Positions 15,640 to 30,673 are shown, numbered from the whole stretch's first letter. The stretch is DNA of 61,040 nt, filler included, from Callorhinchus milii (GCF_018977255.1; 2 parts of 2 records of this genome joined end to end with filler, not necessarily neighbours in it); one strand, 5' to 3'. The notes: a model not told the origin generated them from the sequence alone. Numbers and translations are program-made.

Positions 15640-16960
15640 TATTTTGAGTTTAGGTTTGGGAGAAAAACGGAAAACCCAATGGAACACCAATGCCGACGGT
15701 GACGGCCGACGCCAGGATAACGGCCACGGGCTCGAAGCGGGGCAACCCGGCTCTTGTCCCAAGAAAGGAATCTGCTCCCCGCTGCCCTCCACGGTGGCGC
15801 ATCGCCGGCGGGGCTGCACGCTGAGCCCCAACTTTTCCAGGAGGTCGGTAACAGCAATACACTCGTGGCATAACACGCTCGACACGTATAACTCCTGGTT
15901 ACTCACCTGGTGTCCGAGGCGACCCTTAAGGGTGACCCTCCCCAGCAGTCCCATCCCACTTCCACTTGCAGTGTGCAGCGCACGATCCGGGGCCTGTCGG
16001 CGGCCCACTTCAACCCCGACCACGCTGCAATGTGTTGCACTCACGAGTGACATTACCGCCCCACGTGTCCAGCAGAATCCGGGTTTGCCGCCTGTTCACC
16101 TGCCCTTCCACGAGCGACGTGGCCCCCATTATTCCTGCCACCAGCTCCCGCAGCCAGTCACCCGCAGTCGCCGCATTCTGGGGTGTTGTCAATATCTGCG
16201 TGGGGGTCATTCGTCACCATTATCATGACAGTTTATTTGTGTTGGGACCACGTGGATTGCACCCCTCTGTGGTCCCCTCTTTAGGGAGGCCTTGGTGTTT
16301 AACCCTGGTGCTTCTCTCGCGCGGGCGATCTTGGGACTGTCTCTCACGAGATGCCCCCATTGGTCGCATAGATAGCACGCACGGGGAAGGGCGGTGGCTC
16401 CATAAGAGGCCCCTTGCCCACTCCCCCTTACCCTCCCAGTGCGCATTTGTTCGAGTTCTGCCTCTTATTGAGATACTCGCCTGGTTAGCCCCCCGACCAT
16501 GGAGCGTAGCCCTCCCACCTCGGACTGGACTATCTCCGCTGTGGACTGCAGCTTGGTTACATTCAGGTGTACTTGGGTCACCTCCCCGCATACTTGGGTT
16601 ACCTTTTCGCGTACTTGGGTCTCATGGCCTGTGAAATCTCCTATGCCGGTCTGTATCCCTGCCACCCATCCTGGGGTTGTCTCACGGGATCCCGGAGGCT
16701 CCCTCGTCCCCCCCCCCTCACCTCCTCCTCTGGAAGAAGACTTGCAATGGTGCTATCCTGTCCCAGCCGTCGGAATTCCGCACGCTCGCGAGCAAATCTC
16801 TCACACACGTGCGCGTGCTCGGCAAGGGTGTTAAATGGGGGATATGGGCAGTTCGCATCTGGCTGCCACCCCGTTGTGCTTGTCAGATTCTGCTGAACTT
16901 TCTCGGCGGCAAGGTCATCGATGATCTCGGCAGTGTATCCCGGGCGTGCGCTCTGTGTTA
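15640..16960 (-). mobile_element. Gypsy-like gag-protease fragment (unit 2 copy, more decayed)
   Basis: Knuckle reads CYLCDQWGHLVRDS (last Cys lost). The LLDT motif is followed by a frameshift. Aligns with 3222-4490. Confidence 0.85.
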
Positions 16961-19652
16961 GCAAGCGTGATTTATTTTCGTGCGCGCTCACTGAGATCCG
17001 AAGTGAGAAGTTCACATCGTGGTTATTGTTGTCGTGGTGGTAGTTGTTGTTTACCCAGGTAGAGCCTCGCTCCTTCTCTGTCTTGTAGGGAGGCCGCTTT
17101 GGATTGCACTACTCTTCGATTTCACATTAACATGCTAATTTATTACATTAACATCACTAGCCCCGGCCACTTCTTTATGACCCTTGGGCTACACCCATTT
17201 CAAACCTTTTACAACAGTCTGCCTCAGCAGCAGACCATGCATTTTCTATCAGAGTGTTTTTGTTTGCATTCTGACCACAAGTATTGTGGTTAATGCACAC
17301 ATGATTCCTTGTAAAAGGTTTCAGTTTGGTGTTTTAACATCTTAACACCTGTTTCGTTGCCAGAAAAATGGGGAAAACCTATTCTCATATTTTGGTACTG
17401 GCAAAGGTCCCATGATAAAATATTGCAGTATATTAGAGGTGAGCCGTGCGTGTGTAGAAAGGACAGTAAGGAGCCGGAAGTTAATGAATTTTGTGGCAAA
17501 AATGCAGGCCTGATAATATGTAAGGATAATGTGGTAAATGAGAAAAATATAGCAGCAGCGGGGTGTTGGAGTGTGCAGGTGTTACAGGTGTTGAAGGTGA
17601 ACAGGTAAGCTAAAAATTGTGTGAAAAACATAATAACTTACCCTTGAGTACGCATGGAATTTTTGATGTGTGTATGTTTCATTGTGTTGGCGCAATTTGG
17701 TTCTCAAAAAAACACGGTAAGTCTGCTTTATTTATATACATTTATACTCATCTTGGACTTTTTTCTATACGGTTTCTCCACATTTATTTCAGTAATTTCA
17801 TTTATTGGGAATACAGTACAGTACTTATTTCAATTGTGATGTATATTTTATATGCCGTTTACCTAACCCCATTATTTAGGTAAGGCTTAAATGTTGAATA
17901 TCGGCATTTTAGCTTTCGCACAGCACTTTCCAAGAATGTAACCTCCGCGCTATTCAAGGGGCTGCTGTATTTTCTGTCCATCAGCTATAGCACAGGAGTA
18001 CGGATTTTCAGCAGGAACTAGATCTCTGCTTTTTTGGTGTAATTACGACCTATAATACTATAAAGAGGCTTGGGGTTTTGGATTGTTTTTTTGTTTTCGA
18101 TGTCTCTGCCTCTGTTCACATTCGTTGAGTATTTTTATGATTTTAGGCAGACCCATCTAAAGCTGCGTGACCAGGAGTCAGGGCCCTTTCCTGTTCAATT
18201 TGGCTTGTGGCTGAAATTCTCTCTGGCCCATGCATTACATTACGTAGCATTTTCAAATAATGTGTTTTGAGAAGCTCACAATGGCCCTATAAAAAAAATT
18301 CATTTCATACAGTAACAATGATACGCTAATCGATGCCTGGTTATAGTCAAGGGATTGTCCCCTGCTGGTCAACCATGTTACGCATGTTGATGATCTGGTC
18401 ATGGCTACTCAATGATATTAAATTGGAGAATCGTGTTCTGTACTTGGAGAATTCCATGACGAAATGGGGCCTTGCATATGTTCTACAAAAAGATCACCTC
18501 CTTGGGAAAATCTTGACTTAAAGCTTTCGTAACTGCAGGAATTCATATTCTTTGGGTCTTTCGGTTAAGTGACGTGACTTTACCGAAAGACCCAAAGAAC
18601 ACCTCCCTGGGAATTTAATGTCATACAGCACTGCACCTGCTCAGCTCTCCATGAATAATCAGGTCGTTCTACACATGGTGGAGGAGCTCCTATACCTCGT
18701 TAATGTGTTCACGACCAGCTCTGGTTTGACATCCAAAGTCTCACTTCAAATTAGTCTAGCAGCATTCTTTCATTAGGCTCTGTAACACTATGTGGAAGCT
18801 GCCTGGACTTTTTTACATACAAAGCTGTGAGTGTCCATTGCCAAGGTCTAGTCCATTGCAAAGGTTTTTTCCATTGCAAAGGTCACGTCAAAAAAACAGG
18901 CAATAGTCTACATTATAGACTGCCAGTACGCTCACCGAGGTTAAGAACCAGGCTACAGTCTACATTAGTCGTTTTTTTCTTCTATTCACTTTATTCGTAT
19001 TATTATTTTTATCTACGTGACTTTACCGAAATAACCAAAGAATATGAATTCCCACTATCACAAGTTTTAAGTCAAGATTTTCCCATTGAGGTGATCTTTT
19101 TGTAGAACATATGCAAGGCCCCATTTCGTCATGGAATTCAACAGGTACAGAACAAGATTTTATAAGAATGGAAACAGTCAGGAAATTAACACTGCACATA
19201 TGCAGCTGAAGTTAGATCTGTTCATCCTCGCATTCAAGCTCATCTGAGCCTGGCTTCACACCTCTAAGTTGCAAATAAAATTAATTTATACATTTCTGCA
19301 TAATACAAATAATATTCTTTTCAACAGCCTTTGCTATATTAGCTACTTTTTCTTAAATACATATTCCTGTCGTAGCTAGACAACCGAAATTGTGTGCTTG
19401 GAGTTTTTGGTAAACATTCATTTTGAAGACACTAGGGTGTCCAGTCATATTTATGACCATTGGCCCTCTCATTGTGTGCCTTAACAGCCCGCGTGATGAA
19501 TTGGGTAATTATTTTCACTATATCATGAAAATATTAATAAGTATAGATGTTTAAGTCATGTGTGACTGTGTATATATGCATTCATCTGTGCCTTGATACT
19601 GACGTAGATGGTGTGGATGTGTTTTTCTGTCTGCAGCTGACGCTTCCTCTGA

Positions 19653-21896
<2,244 letters not shown>

Positions 21897-21939
21897 GCTT
21901 GAGACAATGAAGCTCCAATAAATGCACTTTTGTCACAGA

Positions 21940-23160
21940 CTAAAAGAACACCAAAGAAAGTACTGTCTGTGAAAAGACATTTGCACGGTCATCAGTTTTT
22001 CAGATCCACCAGAGAACACACGGAGAAACCCTTCATGTGCAGTGTGTGTGGGAAGGAATTTTCAGGTTCACCTGCTCTTAAAAATCACCAGAGAACACAG
22101 GTGTAATGATTGTGGTGTCGCTGGTGTGCACAGACGCACACGTGTGACGTCACTGCGTTACTATCACGTGGGTCTACACACACACATGACGTCATCCCGG
22201 CTGGAGGCGGGAATGACGTCAGGGCCGTGCTGGACACGTGACCGAATCCGAGTGGGGGGCTGGGGGCCAAGGGGACCTCGGGGGCACGTGGACAGCAGGG
22301 GGGCTTCGAGAGGGTGCTCGAAGGGTGGCGTGGCCGGGGTGAGGCCGGGCACGCCGAGGCCCATATAAGCAGCCTCCTCAGGGGGTTCGAGGCTGCCCGT
22401 GCTGAGAATGAAGACACCTCGTGAAGATGCCAAGAGAGAAGGCCTACAGTGAGCGGACCGCCACAGCCACCTGGCTGGGTCACGCTAGAGTAGCTAAGAG
22501 AGAAGTGTGTCTTAGCTAGGGTAGGTCGGTGGTCACACCCTATGTGTAAAGTAAGAGTAACTGTTGAGTCACTGTTGTGTTCATTAAGAAATGAGTGTTG
22601 CATCCCAAGAAGTGTGTGCGCCTAATATGAACCCATTACACAGGCATCAGAAGATCCCAGGAGCAGAGGCTTGTGAAGTCAAAAGTGCTGCCAGGCGCCC
22701 ATCCTTAATGATAAGAACTACAAGAAAATCCCAGCTTGGACACTTTAAAATGTATCAAGGTGAAATTTGAAGAGGCGTAGGTGAAATGTGAAGATGCGGC
22801 AGTGAAGAGCGACGAAGTGACGGTAAATGTGAAAATGAAGATTCAACTACAAAATCGGACCTTCACACCGATGGAGTGGCAACGTGTAGCAGGAGAAGAA
22901 TTCTGACTGTGAGGCCGAGCGAGGCACCTCCCAGTAGTTTGTGGGAGTGGAGGTGTGGCTGGACTTCTTAAACAATACAAAGTCAAATGGAGACCCGGTA
23001 GATGTGTAAGCTTGAGACAATGAAGCTCCAATAGATTCACCTTTGTCACATGCCTTTAATTAAAATAACGTGAAGTTGCACACTCAATTCCTAGGTTCAA
23101 CCTGCAGAGTAAGAGCAGCCAGTATTTGTGGACATATGGGTTGGGTAGATCTCTAACCAG
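21940..23160 (+). pseudogene. Decayed partial ZNF duplicate (last fingers + tail) interrupted by a solo LTR
   Basis: Finger remnants at 21960-22100. 22641-23010 aligns with the tail-coding 21544-21896 and 7900-8289 with many indels. Confidence 0.8.
22102..22640 (+). mobile_element. Solo LTR (gypsy-like), 539 bp
   Basis: TGTAATG...CATTACA termini, 4-bp TSD CAGG (22098-22101, 22641-22644), TATA (catataag ~22362) and three TGACGTCA sites. Confidence 0.88.
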
Positions 23161-23326
23161 GAGTAAGAGCCAATAAGCTCCCAAGCATTCACTATATTGT
23201 GATAATATTTGCATTCATCTGGAGCTTAATTGCCCATAATAAGAACGCGTTAATTTCAATGTTTGGTGAAACCCGCCACTACGCGATTTGTTCTCCAACA
23301 CACCGGTCTGCTGTACTAGTGTAGTG

Positions 23327-24830
23327 TAATAACGCCGATTGTTGTCCAGCAACGGCAACTGCGGTGGACAAATAATACACACGCCAGTGAGCATATACAC
23401 GGGTTAGTCGGCAGGGCAGAAAAACTGGGGCAAGGGTCATGGAAGACCCCATCTGGAAGCTCCTGGAACATGCTTGTGGTTATCGAGAAGGGAGGCGCGG
23501 CCAGGGCAGAGCCAAGCCACACTGGGTAGCATAAAGCAGCTGAGAGTGGGAGCTCAGGCTGTCAGTTTTGGGAGTGGCTCATCTCATCGTGGCTGTCATC
23601 TTCGCCGCCTTCGTCAATACCGTCTTGGCAAGATATTGCACGGCCGGATAGTTGTTGGTTGTCTCGGTCAGCACCATTGGTGTACATGATCAGGGTTGTG
23701 TTTATAAGGTGGCCGGGAAATTCAGGGCCACGAGGCCCGCCAGCATTGGCCCAAAGTGGAGGCTTGGCCGTGGCGGGAGGAGGACTTGGTGGCTGTGGTG
23801 TGCGGCCTGGGGACGCACGGGAGAAGGCCCCGCGGGTGGGTTGGCAACCGGCGAAGCCCCCTCCGCCCTGGGGTCCCACGGCCAAGTGTTTCAGGTGTGG
23901 TCAGCCGAGCCACATCGCCATAGAATGCCGGGGTGTCAGTAGGGTGCGCGCAGTGCCTCCGTAGCACTCTGACCTGCCGGCAACATTTTCCCAAGCTGCA
24001 CCGGATCGAGTCTCTGATGCTTTCCGTGACTGCCGTGTGCAAAGTGTCAGGGGCTGGATCCGATTAAATGCTACTTAGGATTTCAGGGACGGGCCATGCC
24101 CTTAGGCCATTGTTTTTTTGTTCCCATTCCTCGGAATCCCAAGGAATGCAAAACCCTGCCAAGGCGGGGGTGACCAGTGTCGAGGACCGGCTCACGTGAG
24201 CTATGTTCTGGTAAAGGCGGACTCTCCCTTGTAAGGTGAGATTCGGGGGGTTGTGTATATTGTTTGGCTTGTGTTATCGGTTCTCATGGGGGAAGGGAGG
24301 CGTCACGGTTATGCGTTCCTTGATGGGGTTCTTGCCCATGCCGCAGTTGCGCTGTGTGGTTATGGTTCGCGGGAGACGCTGCGGTTGTGCTGTATGGTCG
24401 CGGGAAGTGTTGCAACCAAGGTTTTTTTTTTTGGGGTAAATTGTTTTTTTGTGTTGGTGGTGTTCTCGGGTTGGGGTTGCTCTTCCTGTCCACCGGTTGC
24501 AGTTGCAACGGCAACTGCGGTGGACAAATAATACACACGCCGGTGAGCATATACACGAATGTGTCGGCAGGGGAGGAACTGGGGCAAGGGTCATGGAAGA
24601 CCCTATCTGGAAGCCCCTGGAACCTGCTAGAGGGTTCGAGAAGAAAGGCGCGACCAATGCGGAGCCAGGCCACGCTGGGTACAATAAAAGCAGCTGATAG
24701 CGGGAGCTCAGCGCTGCCTGTGCTGTGAGTGTGCTCGTATCGTCGTCGCTGTCATCTTCGCTAGATATTGTGCGGCCGGATAGTTGTTGACTGTCTCGAT
24801 CAGCGCCATCGGTGTTACACGGTCAGGGTT
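23327..24830 (+). mobile_element. Internally deleted LTR retrotransposon relic
   Basis: Diverged ~330-350-bp direct repeats (~23349-23698 and ~24505-24831) flank a short interior. The interior has a CCHC knuckle (KCFRCGQPSHIAIEC, ~23884-23928) and a polypurine tract (~24288-24300). Confidence 0.65.
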
Positions 24831-26300
24831 GGGATTTAGGCTAGGCTAGACGACTAGAGAGCGAATTTCTATTTACGTGACCCAAAAAAAATCTTATGGA
24901 TGATATTGGTCGCGACAGCCTACGTGTTAAACTTGCTTAATTGCCTCAGGAATTCGGAGTTTTGTATCATATCTCATCACAAACACTCGAAGAGCACCCC
25001 TATGTGGCAGCTGCCTCTGTGTGGCATAAGGTGTCCCAGCACCAGCCTGCATGTGGGCATGAGTCTGTCAGTCAGGGGCGATAATTGATGTGTAATCTCA
25101 GTTGTGCATTTTCTGGATAATTTTTGGAATTTCCCAAATTTGTACAATGACACCAACATGCAAAGACCTATGTGTTTTTAATGACACAATAGTATGTTTT
25201 ACATCCACTCTTTAAGCAGACGGTGCATATTTTGGTTGATGTTACTGGAGTAGCCAGGGGTGCCTGTCGGATTTGAACCTTGAACCTCTGCAATAAATCG
25301 AGAATGCGCTACCACTTGGCTTCCCTCAATCTGAGTGGAGGCATGCCAGCCAGTGTTTCTAACCAGCGCAGATGTTCCATTTAGAGGGGTGCACGTTTCA
25401 CATTCCTACAGATTGGAGGGCATGACTGTTGCCGAGAAGACCCGGAGCTTCATGCAGAGCGACAGGCCAGGTAGCTTCCACACAGCATTGCAGAGCTGAT
25501 GAAAAGATAATGCCGCCCGACTGATTCGGACCACCCAAACACTGTACACATACGCAGGGTAGACGTATTGTGTACACACAATGTATATACAGCGTACACA
25601 CAGTCTGCACATACATATATACACAAACACTAACAAAAACAATGACTGCCATTCGCCAATACGTGGTGGTGAAGTCACCATGGCGCTTGTGCCAGGCTAT
25701 GTGCACGTTAAGGCCACGTGAAGTGTCGAACTCCGCCGGCAGGAGGTCACAGGGCAGACTCAGGTGCCATTGTTCAACTGAGATGACTGGCCGATGCACC
25801 ACCTGTGCCCCTACTGTGCCAACTGTACACACACACGGTGTGCGCGCGCGCACCGTGTGTGTGTACACAGTTTGTATACAGGGGCCGTCCATAAATGACG
25901 TCACTCGATTTTGGACGATTTTGACCCCCCCCTTCGTCACACGACGTCACAAAAAGTCAGACCCCCCCCTCAAATATGACGTCACAAAGCTCTACCCACC
26001 CTCCCCCCCAAAAACATGCTTCAAATCAATTTAAACTATTGTCATTGCAGTGCGTATTTAATGTGGCACTACTCTCTGATGTAGGAGAAAACATGTATTA
26101 AAAAGTATATTTAATTAAGTAGAACGTAATATAGGTTTTGGGGTCAGATCGCCTTATTTATAAATGTGTCGTAACCCTCCACCACCCGACACGGCCAAAC
26201 AGTAAAAAATGTGTCACGTTTTTCAAAGGACAAAATAATTCACTTTTTTAGCCCACCGGTGTGCTGAAGATAGAATCAACAGCATTTTTTTTTATTTGAA

Positions 26301-26342
26301 TACGACGTTTCGCTGATAATTACAATCAGCTTCATCGGGCAA
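26301..26342 (-). ncRNA. Degenerate minimal hammerhead ribozyme in the Penelope 3' pseudo-LTR
   Basis: Minus strand: CCGATGA-A-GCTGAT-tgtaatt-ATCAGC-GAAA-CG-TC. The core CUGA reads CCGA and stem I is weak. Confidence 0.65.
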
Positions 26343-27480
26343 GAATGGTGAAGCTCTCCTGTTGCTTCGGTCGTAAATAGAGCAGCATCAGGGTGACGTC
26401 ATCATTTAATTCAATTCGATCTGGTGCAATGATTCGAGGCAAAGAGGGGGAGGGTATTGTAATTATATAGATTGGTAATCATTCAATTGTTATTCATTGG
26501 TATTTTTTTCCCTTATAAGGAATTGTAATTGTATTTATATAATAATACGCTTCCAGGCCACACTAAGCCTGTAGCTGTCAGAGCGATTGAAGTTATTTCT
26601 GTTTCAATTTCAATGGATTCTCTAATTAGTCTTGGCCAGTAATAATTAATTTTACACAACACTTCAACGTTACCAAAATCAATTGAGTGTCCTTGTTGCC
26701 AAGCATGCTCTGTCACTGCCGACAGTTGTGTTTGAGATAATTTAATGTTTCTTTGGTGTTCTTTTAATCTTATGCTGATGTTACGTCCCGTCTGTCCAAT
26801 ATAGCATCTGTCACATAAACAATTAATCCGATATACACCTTCTGTTGATAATTTAGGCAATTCGTTTTTAGTGTCAGATACCAGTTTTTTTATTTTGTTA
26901 ATTGTACCAAATCTCACTTTAATGTTTTGTTTTTGCAAAACCTGGGCTTATTTGTCAGTTACTCCTGAGATGTATGGTATTTTGATTGTTTGAACAATCT
27001 TATCGCTTTCAGCAGTGTTGCTTTGCGTTCGTGATTTGGCCTTCAGTGCTTTGTTAATTTGAGCATTATTGTAGCCATTCTGTCTTAGTGCTTCTTTAAC
27101 ATGTTTCATCTCTCTCACTAGACTCTTACCATCTGACACTGTTTTAGCCCGATGTATGAGTGTTTTGACAAGAGAGGATTTCTGAGCTGGGTGATGATGT
27201 GAATCTGCATTCAGATAGGCATCAGTGTGCGTTTGCTTTCGGTAAACGCTGTGTGTTATTTTGCCATTAAGACCATGTTCCAGCAAAATATCTAGGAACG
27301 GGAGTGTTATTTACCTCCATTTCCATGGTGAACTGGATAGCCGGGTTTTGTGCATTGAGATGATTTAGAAATTTCGATTTAAAGCTTTCGTGACTGCAGG
27401 GATTCATCTTCTTGGTTCTTTCGGTAAAGTCACGTAGAAGGGAAGTAATAAAATAATAAAAATAAAACATAATAAAACAA

Positions 27481-27529
27481 TTCTCACGACGTTTCGGCCA
27501 CAACGCAAGCAGCCGTCCTCAGGTGAAAA
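27481..27529 (-). ncRNA. Minimal type I hammerhead ribozyme (left arm)
   Basis: Exact reverse complement of 27727-27775. Confidence 0.8.
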
Positions 27530-27726
27530 CCAGGTCCGTCGAGGCGACAGAGTCTGAATGAAACAGCACACGAGCTTGGAGCATATATATAAGCTGGGCG
27601 CATTGACAAAGGAATTTGATATGCAAATTTTGATATGCAAATTCCTTTGTCAATGCGCCCAGCTTATATATATGCTCCAAGCTCGTGTGCTGTTTCATTC
27701 AGACTCTGTCGCCTCGACGGACCTGG

Positions 27727-27775
27727 TTTTCACCTGAGGACGGCTGCTTGCGTTGTGGCCGAAACGTCGTGAGAA
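27727..27775 (+). ncRNA. Minimal type I hammerhead ribozyme (right arm)
   Basis: Stem I TTTTCAC/GTGAGAA; core CTGAGGA plus an extra C; stem II GGCTGC-ttgcgtt-GTGGCC; GAAA; palindromic ACGT in place of stem III; GUC cleavage triplet ending at 27768. Confidence 0.8.
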
Positions 27776-28781
27776 TAATTTTATTATGTTTTATTCTTAT
27801 TTTTTATTACTTCCCTTCTACTTGACTTTACCGAAAGAACCAAGAAGATGATTTAGAAAATCACTAAGTGCATCTTTACCATGTGGCCAGACCAAAGTGT
27901 CATCAACATATCTAAACCAAAAGGATGGTTTTAATGTACTCGAGGCAAGTGTTCTTGTTTCAAAGTTCGCCATGTACAAATTGGCTTAAATAACGCGATC
28001 TGACCCAAAAACCTATATTATGAATAATATTGGTCGCGAAGCCTGCTACGTGTTAAAATATGTAGAACATGTCTATATTTATTTAAGTTCCGCATTTTGA
28101 TGTGACGTCACATTTATCTCCCCCATCGTCACACATCGTCACAAATGTCTGACCGTCCCCTCCCCAGTTTCGTGACGTCATTTATGGACGGCCCCACACG
28201 CACTGTATACACAGTTTGTACACACACACAGTGTATACACAGTTTGTACACACACACTGTATACACAGTTTGTACACACACACACTGTATACACAGTTTG
28301 TACACACACACTGTATACACAGTTTGTACACACACACACTGTACACAGTTTGTACACACACACACTGTATACACAGTTTGTACACACACACACTGTATAC
28401 ACAGTTTGTACACACACGCACTGTATACACAGTTTGTACACACAATGTTCACGTTGTTGAGCTCACGCACCCAAAGGTCAATGTTCAATAGAGGGATCAA
28501 TGGCATAGGAATCTTAATGAACTTCAACTCTAACCCCGCTCTCTGACGTCACCACTGCATTACCTCATCGGCGTGAGGGGAGGTGTACCCCGCTAGTGAC
28601 GTCATGTCACTCGTGCTGCCGCGTGACGTCACGAGACACCAGGAAGCTGCCGATCCGCGCGCGCGCTCACTGAGATCCGAGGTGAGAAGTTCACATCGTG
28701 GTGGTTGTGTGTGGTTGTTGTGTTTACCCAGGTAGAGCCAGCCTCGCTCTCTCGTAGGGATATCAATTGAGTAGCAGCGAG

Positions 28782-30573
28782 TATGGAATCGATTTCCAGG
28801 TTGGAACATTACAACGCGGGGCCTAGCCATGCGGGGCCTTGCCTCCTGCCCTCGCCTGATTGCATTTGCTTTAATTCTCTGCTTAAGTTTAATTTGTCTT
28901 CATCTGGCTCACTACTTTGAAACTTTGTTTCTTTTAATATTTCTGCAGTTTTTTTTGTTATCCTACCAGGCCAAGCCCACTTCAGCTGCTATACCGCTCT
29001 TGTTTTCAGAAGCGACCAGCACAACAAAGTGGCTTATCAACGTGTGGAAATGTCTGTCGGTCAAATACTCTAAACGCGTGGTGATGTTGACTCTAAATGT
29101 GGAGGGGAAAACCCTGATCCGGAGGAAAATCCACGCGACCACGGGGAGAGAGAGAGAGACACGCAAACTCCAAATATACAGGAGGGGTCGGATCGAACCC
29201 ACCACCTCCTGTATTCCAGGAGAGGCAGTTAACATCTCCCAGCCACCATGGTGCACACTCGAGTACATGACCACAATGAGTCTCAGCACTCTAATTCAGG
29301 AGCGTTCTGCCGAGTTGGTTTTGCTGATGCACCCTTTAGACCGATGAACAACTATTTTTATGATAATTGTTTTTTTACCCTTTTATCTGGCAACAAAACT
29401 GACACCTTTTTTACGAGGAGTCATGTTTGCATAGACCACAATACCTGCAGTCATAATGCAACAAAAACATAACTCTGATAATGTATGCACTGTCCTTGAG
29501 ACAAGTTGTGCGCCTTTTGGCGTCATCTGGTCCAACACCATGTGAGACTAGGCTCTAAGGAAAGCTGTCTCGGGTGTGGACCAATCAACTTCAAGGACAG
29601 TGCATACATTATCAGAGTTATGTTTTTTGTTTGCATTATGACTGCAGGTATTGTGGTCTATGCAAACATGACTCCTCGTAAAAAAGGTGTCAGTTTTGTT
29701 GCCAGATAAAAGGGTAAAAAAACAATTATATTTTTTATGGCAAATGAGATTCCAATGGTGTAAACTATTTTTATATTACCAACCAAGGCTCACAGAGCTG
29801 TTAGATCTTTTGTCAGAAGCCACCTGGCCATAGATGATAGCTCAACGAAATGGCTTTTCACGTGGAAGATTGTAGCAGCCAAATAATCTAAATGCATGTT
29901 ACTAAATGTGGAGGGGAAAATCGAAGGACCGAGAAAAAACAATAATCGTGTGAGCGTACTCTGCATGCGTGGTTCGATTCCAACCCTGACGCATTTATAA
30001 TTGCAGTTTACATTTTTATTTCTCTCTCTGTAGTGGCATTGATTTTTCTCCACATTTAGAAACATGCATTTTGAGAATTTTGCTGCAATACATTTCCATA
30101 TAACCCACTAAGTTGAGCTATCATTTGTGTCCAGGTCGATTCTGAAAAAGAGCTATGCAGCTCAGATGGCCTCACCTGGTAAAATAAAAATTGTGTACTG
30201 TGTTTGAGGGTTTTCCAATTTAATTTCTTATTTAGCAGTTAAAGATTATGTTTCAGGAGGGTCCTGCATTGGACTGTTTGACCACCACCAACTATATTTT
30301 TGAGTTTAGGTTTGGGGAAAAACGGAAAACCCAGTGGAACACCAATGCCGACGGTGACGGCCGACGCCAGGATAGCGGCCACGGGCTCGAAGCGGGGGCA
30401 ACCCGGCTCTTGTCCCAAGAAAGGAATCCGCTCCCCGCTGCCCTCCACGGTGGCGCATCGCACGTTGAGCCCCAACTTTTCCAGGAGGTCGGTACCTGCA
30501 ATACACTCGTGGCATAACACGCTCGACACGTATAACTCCTGGTTACACACCTGGTGTCCGAGGCGACCCTTAA
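28782..30573 (+). repeat. Tandem macro-duplication unit 3 (truncated by contig end within the protease relic)
   Basis: Aligns with 1-3490, lacking both MITEs and part of the inverted-repeat arm. Confidence 0.9.
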
Positions 30574-30673
30574 NNNNNNNNNNNNNNNNNNNNNNNNNNN
30601 NNNNNNNNNNNNNNNNNTTAATTAATTAANNNNNNNNNNNNNNNNNNNNNNNNNNNNNNNNNNNNNNNNNNNN
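30574..30673. other. Artificial contig-joining linker
   Basis: Exactly 44 N + TTAATTAATTAA (stop codons in all six frames) + 44 N = 100 bp. Confidence 0.95.

Larger units (their letters stand above)
27372..27845. mobile_element. Palindromic non-autonomous Penelope-pLTR/retrozyme-like insertion
   Basis: Arms 27404-27618 and 27638-27851 are near-perfect reverse complements. 14-bp TSD AGATGATTTAGAAA (27358-27371, 27846-27859). It interrupts the host RT frame at ...DFLNHL|NAQNP... Confidence 0.85.
26245..27985 (-). mobile_element. 5'-truncated Penelope-like retroelement (RT C-terminus + GIY-YIG endonuclease), frameshifted
   Basis: Minus-strand translation gives ANLYMANFE...WFRYVDDT (RT), IQFTME, VYRKQTHTDAYLNADSHH, and GVYRINCLCDRCYIGQTGR...RLKEH (GIY-YIG). 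Confidence 0.92.
25881..28195. mobile_element. PIF/Harbinger-like non-autonomous DNA transposon carrying nested insertions
   Basis: Perfect 24-bp TIR GGGGCCGTCCATAAATGACGTCAC / GTGACGTCATTTATGGACGGCCCC and 3-bp TSD ACA (25878-25880, 28196-28198). Absent from the homologous minisatellite in unit 1. Superfamily inferred from the 3-bp TSD and G-rich ends. Confidence 0.75.
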
